From Bacillales bacterium (GTDB lineage: Bacteria; Bacillota; Bacilli; JARBTR01), in the NCBI GenBank assembly GCA_031554185.1, contig JAVBKE010000140.1:6719-70718 (forward strand): a stretch of DNA of 64,000 bases. Reading direction: 5' to 3'. Below are positions 48,808-57,874 of this stretch, in pieces (the first letter of the stretch is position 1; each line of letters starts with the position of its first letter). The notes under the pieces are model-generated. The model worked only from the letters and a program-made list of their open reading frames with translations. It was not told the origin of the DNA and made no database searches. The position numbers and the translations under genes were made by a program.

Positions 48808-49767
48808 TTAAATCATCCCTTCTAGTTTCGCTGACACTGATTGCTGAAAGTGTTGGTATTGCTCTATTTCGTCTGAATATTCCTCATGTAATTCATACAC
48901 ACATGAATCCCCTTCATGTAAATGATCGATAATGCCAGTGAATTCGTATGTAGCATTGCCAATTAGTAAGACAGTGTGCTCCAGAATGGTGCAGGAAACT
49001 TGTCCGCCTGGATTATATACATTAATTTGCTTTTGACTGCCATGCTTACCTAGTTTGTAGGTTACAAGGCTAGCTGCTGACATTGCTGTCCCACAAGCAT
49101 TTGTAAATCCTACACCACGTTCAAAAGTTTGCACAAAAATTTCTCCTACGCCTAACACTTGGACAAAGCTAACATTGACGCCATCAGGAAACCATGGGTT
49201 TTCTCCGTTAACACTCGATGCAATTTTTAATTGATTTTCTGTATCAATTTTATCTACGATCGTCACTAAATGTGGATTAGGTGACGCAACGGCTGTAAAT
49301 GTTAGCTCATCTGATAGGAAAGGTAGTTTGCAATCAATCACTTCTGTTAGCGTTGTTGTCATTGGTAGATCACTCGGTAAAAAGGAAATTGGCGAAATCT
49401 CGACTGCAAATTGCGGAACTGCTTGTGAATCTGCTAACTTTTCTACTTGAAGAACACCGTGTTTCGTCTCTACCATCAGTTTAGTACGCGCTAATTTCTC
49501 TGTTAATAATCTCGCCACACACCGAAGTCCATTCCCGCACATTGAAGCTTCTGATCCATTTGCGTTAAATACACGCATCTTTGCATCGGCAACTTTACTG
49601 CGCTCAACAAGTAGAATGCCATCGGCTCCGATTGCCCCTTTCCGATCGCATAGTTGTTTTGCAATTGAACTCCACTGACCATCATTATATGTTACTTCAT
49701 TATCCATCATGTCCAGCATGATGAAATCATTTCCTGAACCATGACACTTTACAACAGGTATTGACAT
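48808..49767 (-). CDS. dapF: Diaminopimelate epimerase family protein (DapF-like, 319 aa)
   Basis: KCHGSGNDF and both catalytic Cys motifs (NANGSEASMCGNGLRC and NACGTAMSAAS). It is longer than the roughly 284-aa Bacillus DapF I recall. Confidence 0.7.
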   Translation of the reverse strand: MSIPVVKCHGSGNDFIMLDMMDNEVTYNDGQWSSIAKQLCDRKGAIGADGILLVERSKVADAKMRVFNANGSEASMCGNGLRCVARLLTEKLARTKLMVETKHGVLQVEKLADSQAVPQFAVEISPISFLPSDLPMTTTLTEVIDCKLPFLSDELTFTAVASPNPHLVTIVDKIDTENQLKIASSVNGENPWFPDGVNVSFVQVLGVGEIFVQTFERGVGFTNACGTAMSAASLVTYKLGKHGSQKQINVYNPGGQVSCTILEHTVLLIGNATYEFTGIIDHLHEGDSCVYELHEEYSDEIEQYQHFQQSVSAKLEGMI

Positions 49768-50044
49768 AATTGTTGGCTCCCTTTTTGAAAAAGTCTATTC
49801 GTTTTCATAATCCTTATTAGATTATCATATGATTCCGTTAGTTTAAAGCAGAAGATATAATCAAAAAGAATTTCAGGTAATGAACCATTAAAACGTATAA
49901 AGATTAAAAATGGATTAAGAACAAGATTTGGTTAGTGTGCGCTCATTGTTGGTTTTGTATGGATTTTGTAGAATTTTGTTATGGCTCAGGAAATGATTCA
50001 GCATCTCAAATTGCAAATATTTGTGTTTTCAAGGGGACTGGCTA

Positions 50045-50053
50045 TGATATAAT
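50045..50053 (+). promoter_or_regulatory. Candidate extended -10 promoter for the MATE gene
   Basis: TGaTATAAT, 165 nt upstream of ATG 50218. No good -35. Confidence 0.4.
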
Positions 50054-50217
50054 TAGCGCTAACTAGTTTAAATTCAAATTATTTCAAAAGAATTCAGATA
50101 ATTCTAACCTGACCCAATGAATACTTTCGTAGATGTATGACAGCTATTAATGACGATCAGATAGGAATATACTTTTTTGAAACTGTTTAACAATCCAGTA
50201 TTACAAATCGAGGTGAA

Positions 50218-51591
50218 ATGATGCATCAAACGCGTTCAACGAAGGAAAAACTTCAGTTATTATTAAAATTATTCTATCCGATTCTACTCGCCCAGGTCTG
50301 TTTGATGGCTACCAGCTTTCTTGATACTGTCATGGCAGGTCGCGCTGGTGCGGACGATTTAGCAGGTGTCGCGATTGGATCTTCAATTTGGTTTCCGTTT
50401 CAAGCGTGTCTACTTGGCATATTGGGTGCCTTTACACCACTTGTTGCCAATATGCTGGGCTCTAAAGCGTCGAAAGAAAGTATTCGAAAAATGTTTATTC
50501 AATCAATCTATGCAGCACTTGCACTGGCCATTCTGTCGATTATTTTTGGATACTTTTTCTTTGCGCCTATGCTTCAAACAATTGAAGCAACAGCGTCTGT
50601 GAAAGATATTGCAACAAACTTTCTTTCTTACTTGTCTTTTGGATTTATCCCACTCTTCCTATACACAGTGTGTCGCTGTTTTTTCGAAGTACATGGCAAG
50701 ACTTTGGTTTCATTATTTATTAGCTTAGCGATTCTACCAATTAATACGTTTATTAACTATTTGCTCATTTACGGAAACTGGGGATTTCCTGAGTTAGGTG
50801 GTGCTGGCACAGGGATTGCTTCAGCCATCTCCTACTGGGTACTATTTATTATCGCAGTTATTGTTCTGGCTAAGATGAAGATTTTCAAACCCTACCATCT
50901 TTTTGCAAAAGCCTATCGACCAAAATTATCGTATTGGAAAAAACTTTTCTCAACTGGGATTCCGATTGGCCTCGCCATTCTGTTTGAAGCCAGTATTTTT
51001 GCGATCGTAACATTGATGATGAGTAATTTTCCAACCGAGACAATTGCAGCCCACCAGGCAGCTATCAACTTCGCTTCGCTGTTATTTATGGTTCCGCTCA
51101 GTATTGCAATGACGATGACAATTGCGGTTGGCTATGAATATGGTGCGAAAAGGTTAGACGATGCGAAACTGTATGGTCGTATAGGGATTGTTTTAGCCAT
51201 TTGTTTTGCGGCTGTCGCAGCGGTTACACTTTATTTCTTACGTGAGCCGATTGCTGGTCTCTATACCAAAGATCCAGCATTACAGGCACTGATTGCCCAC
51301 TTCCTCATCTATGCGATGTTTTTTCAGTTTTCTGATGCGCTCCAGGCACCAATCCAAGGGATATTACGGGGATATAAAGATGTTCGAGTGACGCTTTATA
51401 TTGCTTTAACAGGTTATTGGGCAATTGGGCTACCGGCAAGCTATTATTTTGGTAACTATACAGAGCTTGGTGCATATGGATTTTGGGTTGGGTTTATTTT
51501 CGGGCTCACGACAGTAGCAATTGGCCTTTTGATCCGTCTACGTATCGTTCAATCAAAATTAGCAAAACGAATGCAACCGGCTTCAATCTAA
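50218..51591 (+). CDS. MATE-family multidrug efflux transporter (NorM-like)
   Basis: 457 aa with 12 TM segments. The LLKLFYPILLAQVCLMATSFLDTVMAGR N-terminus is typical of MATE. Confidence 0.9.
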   Translation: MMHQTRSTKEKLQLLLKLFYPILLAQVCLMATSFLDTVMAGRAGADDLAGVAIGSSIWFPFQACLLGILGAFTPLVANMLGSKASKESIRKMFIQSIYAALALAILSIIFGYFFFAPMLQTIEATASVKDIATNFLSYLSFGFIPLFLYTVCRCFFEVHGKTLVSLFISLAILPINTFINYLLIYGNWGFPELGGAGTGIASAISYWVLFIIAVIVLAKMKIFKPYHLFAKAYRPKLSYWKKLFSTGIPIGLAILFEASIFAIVTLMMSNFPTETIAAHQAAINFASLLFMVPLSIAMTMTIAVGYEYGAKRLDDAKLYGRIGIVLAICFAAVAAVTLYFLREPIAGLYTKDPALQALIAHFLIYAMFFQFSDALQAPIQGILRGYKDVRVTLYIALTGYWAIGLPASYYFGNYTELGAYGFWVGFIFGLTTVAIGLLIRLRIVQSKLAKRMQPASI

Positions 51592-51649
51592 TTATATGAA
51601 CCCCTTCACCTGATGCAACATATAATGCATCATGATTGGAGGGGATTTT

Positions 51650-52084
51650 ATGTTTCCGTGGAGTATGTTATCCAAAAATAATCAGATGAACGATTGGATG
51701 AAAAAAATAAACGATACAGGTATTGAACAAAACTTCGAAAAAATCTTCAGCCGTTTTACAAATGACTCATTGAAAATGGATGTAAACAGCACCGAACAGT
51801 CAAACCATGCAACACAACTTGAAATGTTCGAAACAAATGAGTTTGTGTTTATCAAAATTCCCCTCACCGACAGACAAGCGCTTGATAAATTAAAAATCAG
51901 TTATGGATTTAATAAACTATTCGTTGAAGGTCTGGTTGAAAATGGAGAAAAGCAGGTACTACTCCTCCCAGCAGTCGTCCGCAAAAAAGAGGCAGAGGTT
52001 TACTTTCAAGATAGCTTATTAGAGATAAAATTACCTAAGCATTTAGATACACACCTTGTTGATATTGACTTATCTAGTTTGTGA
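51650..52084 (+). CDS. Hsp20/alpha-crystallin-like small protein
   Basis: ACD-like pattern (LEMFETNEFVFIKIPL...LLLPAVVRKKEAEVYFQDSLLEIKLPK). ATG 51650 follows GGAGGGGA. Confidence 0.45.
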   Translation: MFPWSMLSKNNQMNDWMKKINDTGIEQNFEKIFSRFTNDSLKMDVNSTEQSNHATQLEMFETNEFVFIKIPLTDRQALDKLKISYGFNKLFVEGLVENGEKQVLLLPAVVRKKEAEVYFQDSLLEIKLPKHLDTHLVDIDLSSL

Positions 52085-52166
52085 AGAATATTTATCATCA
52101 TTAGAAAAGCTCAATCAGTTTTTTTAGTCCAAGAAGTTCTTCACGCAAAATCTAATACATAATTAC

Positions 52167-52205
52167 AAAAACTTCTAGGATATGTAGAACGCCCTAGAAG
52201 TTTTT
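52167..52205. terminator. Bidirectional terminator between the Hsp20-like gene and dtpT
   Basis: AAAAACTTCTAGG ... CCTAGAAGTTTTT. Confidence 0.8.
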
Positions 52206-52233
52206 AAAGTTCATATTATTCGTGTAGGTGAAA

Positions 52234-53727
52234 TTATTTAATCCCCTTCATCTTTCTTTGAATCCAAGGTGAAAGCCCTAAAAGGACGGCTGCAAGAACA
52301 ATAGCGCCAAACCCGAACACCGCATAGTAAGTTAGCTCATTTTCTGGAGTGTAGAATTTAGCAGCTTGTGCATTAACAGCTTGTGCTGCTGCAGAAGCTA
52401 GGAACCATAGACTCATCATTTGCGCTTGGAAAGCTTCTGGAGCTAGTTTCGTTGTTGCTGACAAACCAATTGGCGATAAACACAACTCGCCAAGTACGAC
52501 AATGAGGTAACTGAGTATCAACCAAATTGGACTAACTAGTGCATCTTCACCAGCAAAATATACTGGTAAAAGAATCACAACGAATGACATTCCTGCAAAG
52601 AACAAGCCTAGTGCAAACTTCGTTGGTGTACTTGGTTGTCTTGGTCCTAATTTCGTCCACATCCATGCAAAAAGCGGTGCAAGGGTAATAATGAACAATG
52701 GATTGGCTGATTGGAACCATGCAGGTAGAATTTCAAAAGACCCTATGGTCAGATCAGTTCTAGTATCTGCAAAAACCGCTAGAATCGTAGATCCCTGCTC
52801 TTGAATTGCCCAGAACATAACCGCTGCCATGAAAAGCGGAATGTAGGCAATAACACGTGAGCGCTCTTCTTTTGTTGTTTTGGGACTAGTACACATAAAC
52901 ACAAAGTAGGCTGTTGGAATGAAAATTCCTAGTATTGCCACTATATCGATAAAACGATCAATTGTTAAGAATCCTGTGTTTATACCAACTACTACCAAAA
53001 TAACTAAAGCGGCTGCCACGGCACCCATAATTGAATACGTTTTGGATTTTTCATCTGATGATAGAGGATTCGGCACATATGTACCTGCTAACCCAAGATT
53101 TTTCTTTTTTGTTGCTACAAACACAACAAGTCCAGCAAACATTCCGACTGCTGCAACCCCGAAACCTGCATGGAAGCCGAAGTTATCATTTACTGCACCT
53201 ACAAGTAGTGGAGAAATAAATGCGCCAAGGTTGATTCCCATGTAATAAATGCTGAATCCAGCATCACGTCTTGCATCCTCTGAACTATATAACTCTCCTA
53301 CTGTTGCCGAAACGTTTGGCTTCAATAATCCTGTACCAAGAACAATCAGTACCATTGAGGTAAAGAAGAACCCGGTGGAACCTGGAACCGCAAGTGCAAT
53401 ATGCCCAAACATAATCAGCACACCACCGATAAAGACGGCCCTCGATGTCCCGAATATGCGATCGGCAAACCACCCACCGATAACACCTGACATATAAACC
53501 AAAGATCCATAAATTGAAGCAATCGCTACTGCGGTACTCTGGTCAAATCCTAAACCACCTTTTGATACTTCGTAATACATGTAATAAACTAGAATCGCTT
53601 TCATACCATAGTAAGAAAATCTCTCCCAAAACTCTGTAAAAAATAATGTAGACAATCCTCTAGGATGTCCAAAAAACCCTGTCTGCGGAACACTTTCCAC
53701 AATTTTCTGTCTATTCGTTTTTTCCAT
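52234..53727 (-). CDS. dtpT: Di/tripeptide permease (POT/PTR2 family)
   Basis: GHPRGLSTLFFTEFWERFSYYGM (ExxERFxYY motif); 497 aa. Confidence 0.9.
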   Translation of the reverse strand: MEKTNRQKIVESVPQTGFFGHPRGLSTLFFTEFWERFSYYGMKAILVYYMYYEVSKGGLGFDQSTAVAIASIYGSLVYMSGVIGGWFADRIFGTSRAVFIGGVLIMFGHIALAVPGSTGFFFTSMVLIVLGTGLLKPNVSATVGELYSSEDARRDAGFSIYYMGINLGAFISPLLVGAVNDNFGFHAGFGVAAVGMFAGLVVFVATKKKNLGLAGTYVPNPLSSDEKSKTYSIMGAVAAALVILVVVGINTGFLTIDRFIDIVAILGIFIPTAYFVFMCTSPKTTKEERSRVIAYIPLFMAAVMFWAIQEQGSTILAVFADTRTDLTIGSFEILPAWFQSANPLFIITLAPLFAWMWTKLGPRQPSTPTKFALGLFFAGMSFVVILLPVYFAGEDALVSPIWLILSYLIVVLGELCLSPIGLSATTKLAPEAFQAQMMSLWFLASAAAQAVNAQAAKFYTPENELTYYAVFGFGAIVLAAVLLGLSPWIQRKMKGIK

Positions 53728-53762
53728 TTTCTTCTCCCTTCAATACCTGTGACATAGTAGTA

Positions 53763-53791
53763 ATGTTATTTTAAAAATAGACTTTAGTCAA
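53763..53791 (-). promoter_or_regulatory. Candidate sigma-A promoter of dtpT
   Basis: On the minus strand: TTGACT, 17 nt, TAACAT. Confidence 0.45.
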
Positions 53792-53817
53792 GGTTATTTT
53801 TCCCATTTTATCTAGCA

Positions 53818-53997
53818 ATGAGTATTTTAGTTAATGGGAAAACTACTATTTATGCATTTTATAGTATTAAAAAGAATAAACCATTTGGAAGATATGCATA
53901 TATTGCCACTTTTATTTATACGTTTTTATCACTATTAATAATCGAAATTATTTATTTAATTTCCAGATACACAAAGAACTTCTATTCAATAAAATAA
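53818..53997 (+). CDS. Doubtful 59-codon ORF in an AT-rich intergenic region (not in ORF track)
   Basis: MSILVNGKTTIYAFYSIKKNKPFGRYAYIATFIYTFLSLLIIEIIYLISRYTKNFYSIK. One TM-like segment and no SD. An open frame of this length is unusual in such AT-rich DNA. Confidence 0.2.
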   Translation: MSILVNGKTTIYAFYSIKKNKPFGRYAYIATFIYTFLSLLIIEIIYLISRYTKNFYSIK

Positions 53998-54175
53998 TTT
54001 TAATTCAGTACATGAATAAATGTGTATATTTCCACTTTTTAGTACATTTTATAGCCATTAACCTTGACAAGTTTGAAAGAAATTTTACCATTGCAATTTA
54101 GGACCATTATTTTGGAAAAACCAATTACTCTTTGGAGAGTTGTTAAGAAAGCACACTGCGTGAATTTTTCTTTTT

Positions 54176-54212
54176 ACAAAAAAGGTCTCCTCTGATTTAT
54201 TCAGAGAAGAAC
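54176..54212 (-). terminator. Intrinsic terminator after the 129-aa hypothetical gene
   Basis: On the minus strand: GGTTCTTCTCTGA ataaa TCAGAGGAGACC followed by T6. Confidence 0.65.
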
Positions 54213-54218
54213 CATTCT

Positions 54219-54608
54219 TTACTTTTTCGCCTGTAAATAGATTGTCACTCTTCCCAATGCTTTTCCTGTAATATGAACTTTTAGGTAGCGGAGTATCGAA
54301 TCTGATTTTGCTACTTCTAATACGTTGGTACTCACTTTTTTTCGACTGCCAAATTGCTTAAACAAGTCACCATCAGGACTATAACTCACTGTGAAAATGA
54401 TTTCTTCATCTGTACGATTTCCGATTGCTAGTACATATCTCTCTAGGTGCAAAATGTCTAAAGTAATACTGGCCTCACCATCTTCTTTCAAGTGAATATC
54501 TTTTTTGATGTCAACCACAGTCTTTTTTCTTGCAGGCTCAACAACCTCATAATAATCTGAGGTAGTAAAGCGATGTTGTTGCTGATTAGCTGTTTCTTGC
54601 TGATACAT
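54219..54608 (-). CDS. Hypothetical protein with a Q-rich N-terminus
   Basis: 129 aa from ATG 54608 (MYQQETANQQQHRF...); the track starts at TTG 54644. The predicted beta-rich C-terminal part contains YSPDG. I do not recognise any family. Confidence 0.55.
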   Translation of the reverse strand: MYQQETANQQQHRFTTSDYYEVVEPARKKTVVDIKKDIHLKEDGEASITLDILHLERYVLAIGNRTDEEIIFTVSYSPDGDLFKQFGSRKKVSTNVLEVAKSDSILRYLKVHITGKALGRVTIYLQAKK

Positions 54609-54828
54609 TTTCTCTTCTTTGTACAACTTCAACAAGTCTCCCAAGCCAGATCACCTCACTATATGACGCGTACACATGCTTCCTTTCTATAAGTGGTCTA
54701 TTAGAAGGAATTGGCGCGTCTATTCCATGCAAGTAAACAAGTCTTTTGTTTCATAGTTATGATGCAATTGAGCCAAACATGCCAACGCAATTCAATTGCT
54801 TTAATACAATCGAGAAAAAACCACCTGA

Positions 54829-55266
54829 TTACTCACGTGGTATGGAAAGTCTGTCGAGAAATGAGAGGAATGTTTTCAGCTCATCTTCACTAAAATTTGA
54901 AAATTTATTTTTGATCAATTGCCTTTTTCTTTGCTGGACCTCGTTTACTAGTTGTTGTCCTTTTTCAGTTACCGTAAATCGAACGATTCGACGATCTTCT
55001 TGACACTTCATTCGAGTTACTAATTCGTTTTTTACAAGTGATTCTGTAATGATAGAAATATGACTTGGTGAAACTTTTAACTCGCTTGAAATGTCAGAAG
55101 CTTTCATTGATTCTCGATGAAGCATTGCCAACACAGCAAATTCGTTTCGGTTGATTTGATTGATATCGTTACAGGAAATTTTAGCCCATTCTTTTCTAAA
55201 ACCACGAAATAAACCGATGAAACGATCTTCTATTTCTATCACCAAATCTTTTGTCAAAGTCATCAC
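54829..55266 (-). CDS. MarR-family transcriptional regulator
   Basis: wHTH core (FAVLAMLHRESMKASDISSELKVSPSHISIITESLVKNELVTRMKCQEDRRIV). The exact start is uncertain. Confidence 0.85.
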   Translation of the reverse strand: MMTLTKDLVIEIEDRFIGLFRGFRKEWAKISCNDINQINRNEFAVLAMLHRESMKASDISSELKVSPSHISIITESLVKNELVTRMKCQEDRRIVRFTVTEKGQQLVNEVQQRKRQLIKNKFSNFSEDELKTFLSFLDRLSIPRE

Positions 55267-55281
55267 CTATTTATTCGTACT

Positions 55282-57033
55282 TTATTTTAGTTCCTGTACC
55301 GCAGCGTCAAGTTGTGTATCGTTTGCTAGCACTTGATCATGAAGTAATTTCATCATTGTTGTCGCGGTTGTACCAGTAATCACTCCAGTTTCAGGGATGC
55401 CGTTTGCTTTTTCTAATGCCGCCACTGCTTGAGCTGTTGCATCATCATAAACTGTATCGATTGTGCCTGGATTATATCCAAGTGCAGCCAAAACTTTTTC
55501 AGCATTCAGCACTTCCGCAGAGTTTGCACCGTTCTCTAGTCTCGTCTCAGGACTAATATAACCAAGGTTTGCATAATCTGGTAGGGCAACTTCTACATCT
55601 GGGGTAATACCCTTTTCGTGTACCCAGTTACCGTCAGGCGTCAACCATTTTCCAACCGTTAGCTTCAGTTCAGATTGATCACCCATTGGTGCTGTCTTTT
55701 GGATTGTTCCCTTGCCATATGTTGTTTCACCTACAACTTTTATCCCTGCAGATTCTTGCAAAGCACCTGTGACAATCTCAGAAGCACTTGCACTTCCTTT
55801 ATCTACGAGAACAACCGTTGGTGTGTCGATTTTAAATCCATCATTATCATCTGCATAAAATGGTTCTTTCTTGCCATTATCATACTCTGTTTGCACAATA
55901 ATTTTGCCATCAGGCACAAACATATTGGCAATATCTTCAGCCACGCCTAAAATTCCACCAGGATTTCCTCGCAAATCTAGTACCAGTGAAGTCATCCCTT
56001 TATCAATCATCTCATCGTAGTTTTCCTTGAATTCGACTGCCGTGTTTTGTGAGAAGGATGAAATAGAGATCCTTCCAACACCATCTTCTAACATTTCAGA
56101 ATTAACTGTTTTGACTGGAATTGTGTCCCTGACAATACTGACACTGATTGGGTCAGTTTGCCCAGGTCGCTCAATCACCAAGTCAACTGTTGTACCCTTT
56201 TCACCCTTGATGAGTTTAATAGCTTCCTGTGTTGATTTCCCTTCCAGTGCAACACCATCTGCAGAAACAATGATATCGTCTGGTTTTAACCCAGCTTTTT
56301 CTGCTGGTGATCCCTTAATTGGTGAGACAATCGTAATTTTGCCATCTCGCGATTCGATTTCTGCACCAATGCCCTCAAATGAACCCGAAATTGTTTCTGT
56401 GAAAGATGCTGCTTCATCAGGGCTCATATAAGTTGAATAAGGGTCTTCTAGTGTTCCAATCATCCCATTGATTGCCCCATCGACTAGCGCCTCTTGATTG
56501 ACATCCTTATAATAATTTTCAAGAATATATTCGTATGTCGCATAAACCCTAGTTAGGTCATCCGCATTTTCAGATGTCGGCGACGCTACACCATCATCAT
56601 TTGTCACTTTCCAAATGAAAAGAACATTGACAAAGACGATCGCGGCTAAAATCATCATGCCAGTACTAACCTTCATATAGCCTTTTAATACCTTTTTAGT
56701 ACTACCCCGCTCATAGACCGGGTAGGTGGCTTCAATATTTTCTTGTTCAGGAATTGTTGTCCTTTTTTCCAATGAAGAAGCATCATCTGTTCCATGCTGT
56801 GCATCATCGCTACTCTTAATTGGCGTATTGCCTTCGTTTTCCAATACTGCACCGACCGATTCTGACAATGGATCTATCGGATGAGTGTTTTCATTTGATC
56901 CAGAAGGATTTGCTACTGGTGGGTTGGAACTTGTTCCTGATTGCTCCCATTTGATCTGATCCTCGGATTGAGTGTGCTTCGATGAATCGTCAGAAGGGTT
57001 GGTTTGCCCATTATGATTCTCTTTTTCGTCCAT
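55282..57033 (-). CDS. S41 carboxy-terminal processing peptidase with N-terminal extension and C-terminal PG-binding domain
   Basis: PDZ (SPIKGSPAEKAGLKPDDIIVSADG), catalytic GSASASEI, a TM segment at about aa 125-145, and a C-terminal PG_binding_1 repeat (AEKVLAALGYNPGTIDTVYDDATAQAV). Confidence 0.85.
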   Translation of the reverse strand: MDEKENHNGQTNPSDDSSKHTQSEDQIKWEQSGTSSNPPVANPSGSNENTHPIDPLSESVGAVLENEGNTPIKSSDDAQHGTDDASSLEKRTTIPEQENIEATYPVYERGSTKKVLKGYMKVSTGMMILAAIVFVNVLFIWKVTNDDGVASPTSENADDLTRVYATYEYILENYYKDVNQEALVDGAINGMIGTLEDPYSTYMSPDEAASFTETISGSFEGIGAEIESRDGKITIVSPIKGSPAEKAGLKPDDIIVSADGVALEGKSTQEAIKLIKGEKGTTVDLVIERPGQTDPISVSIVRDTIPVKTVNSEMLEDGVGRISISSFSQNTAVEFKENYDEMIDKGMTSLVLDLRGNPGGILGVAEDIANMFVPDGKIIVQTEYDNGKKEPFYADDNDGFKIDTPTVVLVDKGSASASEIVTGALQESAGIKVVGETTYGKGTIQKTAPMGDQSELKLTVGKWLTPDGNWVHEKGITPDVEVALPDYANLGYISPETRLENGANSAEVLNAEKVLAALGYNPGTIDTVYDDATAQAVAALEKANGIPETGVITGTTATTMMKLLHDQVLANDTQLDAAVQELK

Positions 57034-57072
57034 TATTGTTCCACCCCTTTTTGAAAATGACTATTTAAGTAC

Positions 57073-57861
57073 TTACTTTGCTGTTGCCCTATTGACGTAT
57101 TCTTCGAGCGTAATCCCTCTATCATGTATTTCAGTCGCTGCGCTCACGCCAACATAACGATAATGCCAAGGTTCGTAGCTGTATCCAGTGATCTCTTCGG
57201 CACCCTTTGGATAACGAAGGATAAAACCATATTTGTGAGCGTTGTCTTTTAGCCACAGAAACTCTGGTGTATTTTCAAATCCTTGATCGAGCTTGCCACC
57301 ATAATTGAGTGCTGAAATATCCATCGCAAGTCCCGATTGGTGTTCACTTTCACCAGGAGCTGCAACCCATTTTCTCGCCTCAGTCTCGCCCTTATCAGCT
57401 ACCTCAGCATCAAAAAGCTCTTTTTGCCTTTCATAGGAGCGAAATCCTGATACAGCAACGAGCTGAATATTTGCGGCTTCCGCTGCTGCAAACATCTTCT
57501 CTAAAGCATCAGCAGCCTCTTTACGCAAATACGCTTTTTCAACATCCTGTGAGCCAAAAGAAAATACCACATAGGGGATTACTAAATCCTCAGGATAATA
57601 AGTCAAGGGGAGCTTATTGACCTTATTGACAACAGATAAGATGTTATCAGGATTTTGAATCTCTTGTCTCCCGTTCACTTCTTTTGTCACCATCACATTT
57701 TCTTCTGGAATGACAATTTGATTAGGATCCTCTTTTTCCTTGCTCGAATCCTTTTCTTTCGCTGTTGACTGCTCTTTTTTCTCCGCAGACTCTTCATTAC
57801 CACATCCAGTAATAAAAACAGCCATGATCGTTAAAATTGTCGCTAATGCCTTCTTTTTCAC
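57073..57861 (-). CDS. ldcB: M15B (VanY/LdcB-type) peptidoglycan carboxypeptidase lipoprotein
   Basis: Lipobox FITGC, plus zinc motifs SEHQSGLAMD and EPWHYRYVG. Confidence 0.8.
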   Translation of the reverse strand: MKKKALATILTIMAVFITGCGNEESAEKKEQSTAKEKDSSKEKEDPNQIVIPEENVMVTKEVNGRQEIQNPDNILSVVNKVNKLPLTYYPEDLVIPYVVFSFGSQDVEKAYLRKEAADALEKMFAAAEAANIQLVAVSGFRSYERQKELFDAEVADKGETEARKWVAAPGESEHQSGLAMDISALNYGGKLDQGFENTPEFLWLKDNAHKYGFILRYPKGAEEITGYSYEPWHYRYVGVSAATEIHDRGITLEEYVNRATAK

Positions 57862-57874
57862 TCGATCACCTATC

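Noticed and set aside
49768-49900. Lysine (L-box) riboswitch upstream of the dapF-like gene, and FMN riboswitch upstream of ribF (33524-33536)
   Set aside because: The sequence shows none of the conserved L-box or FMN cores. The ribF gap is only 13 nt.
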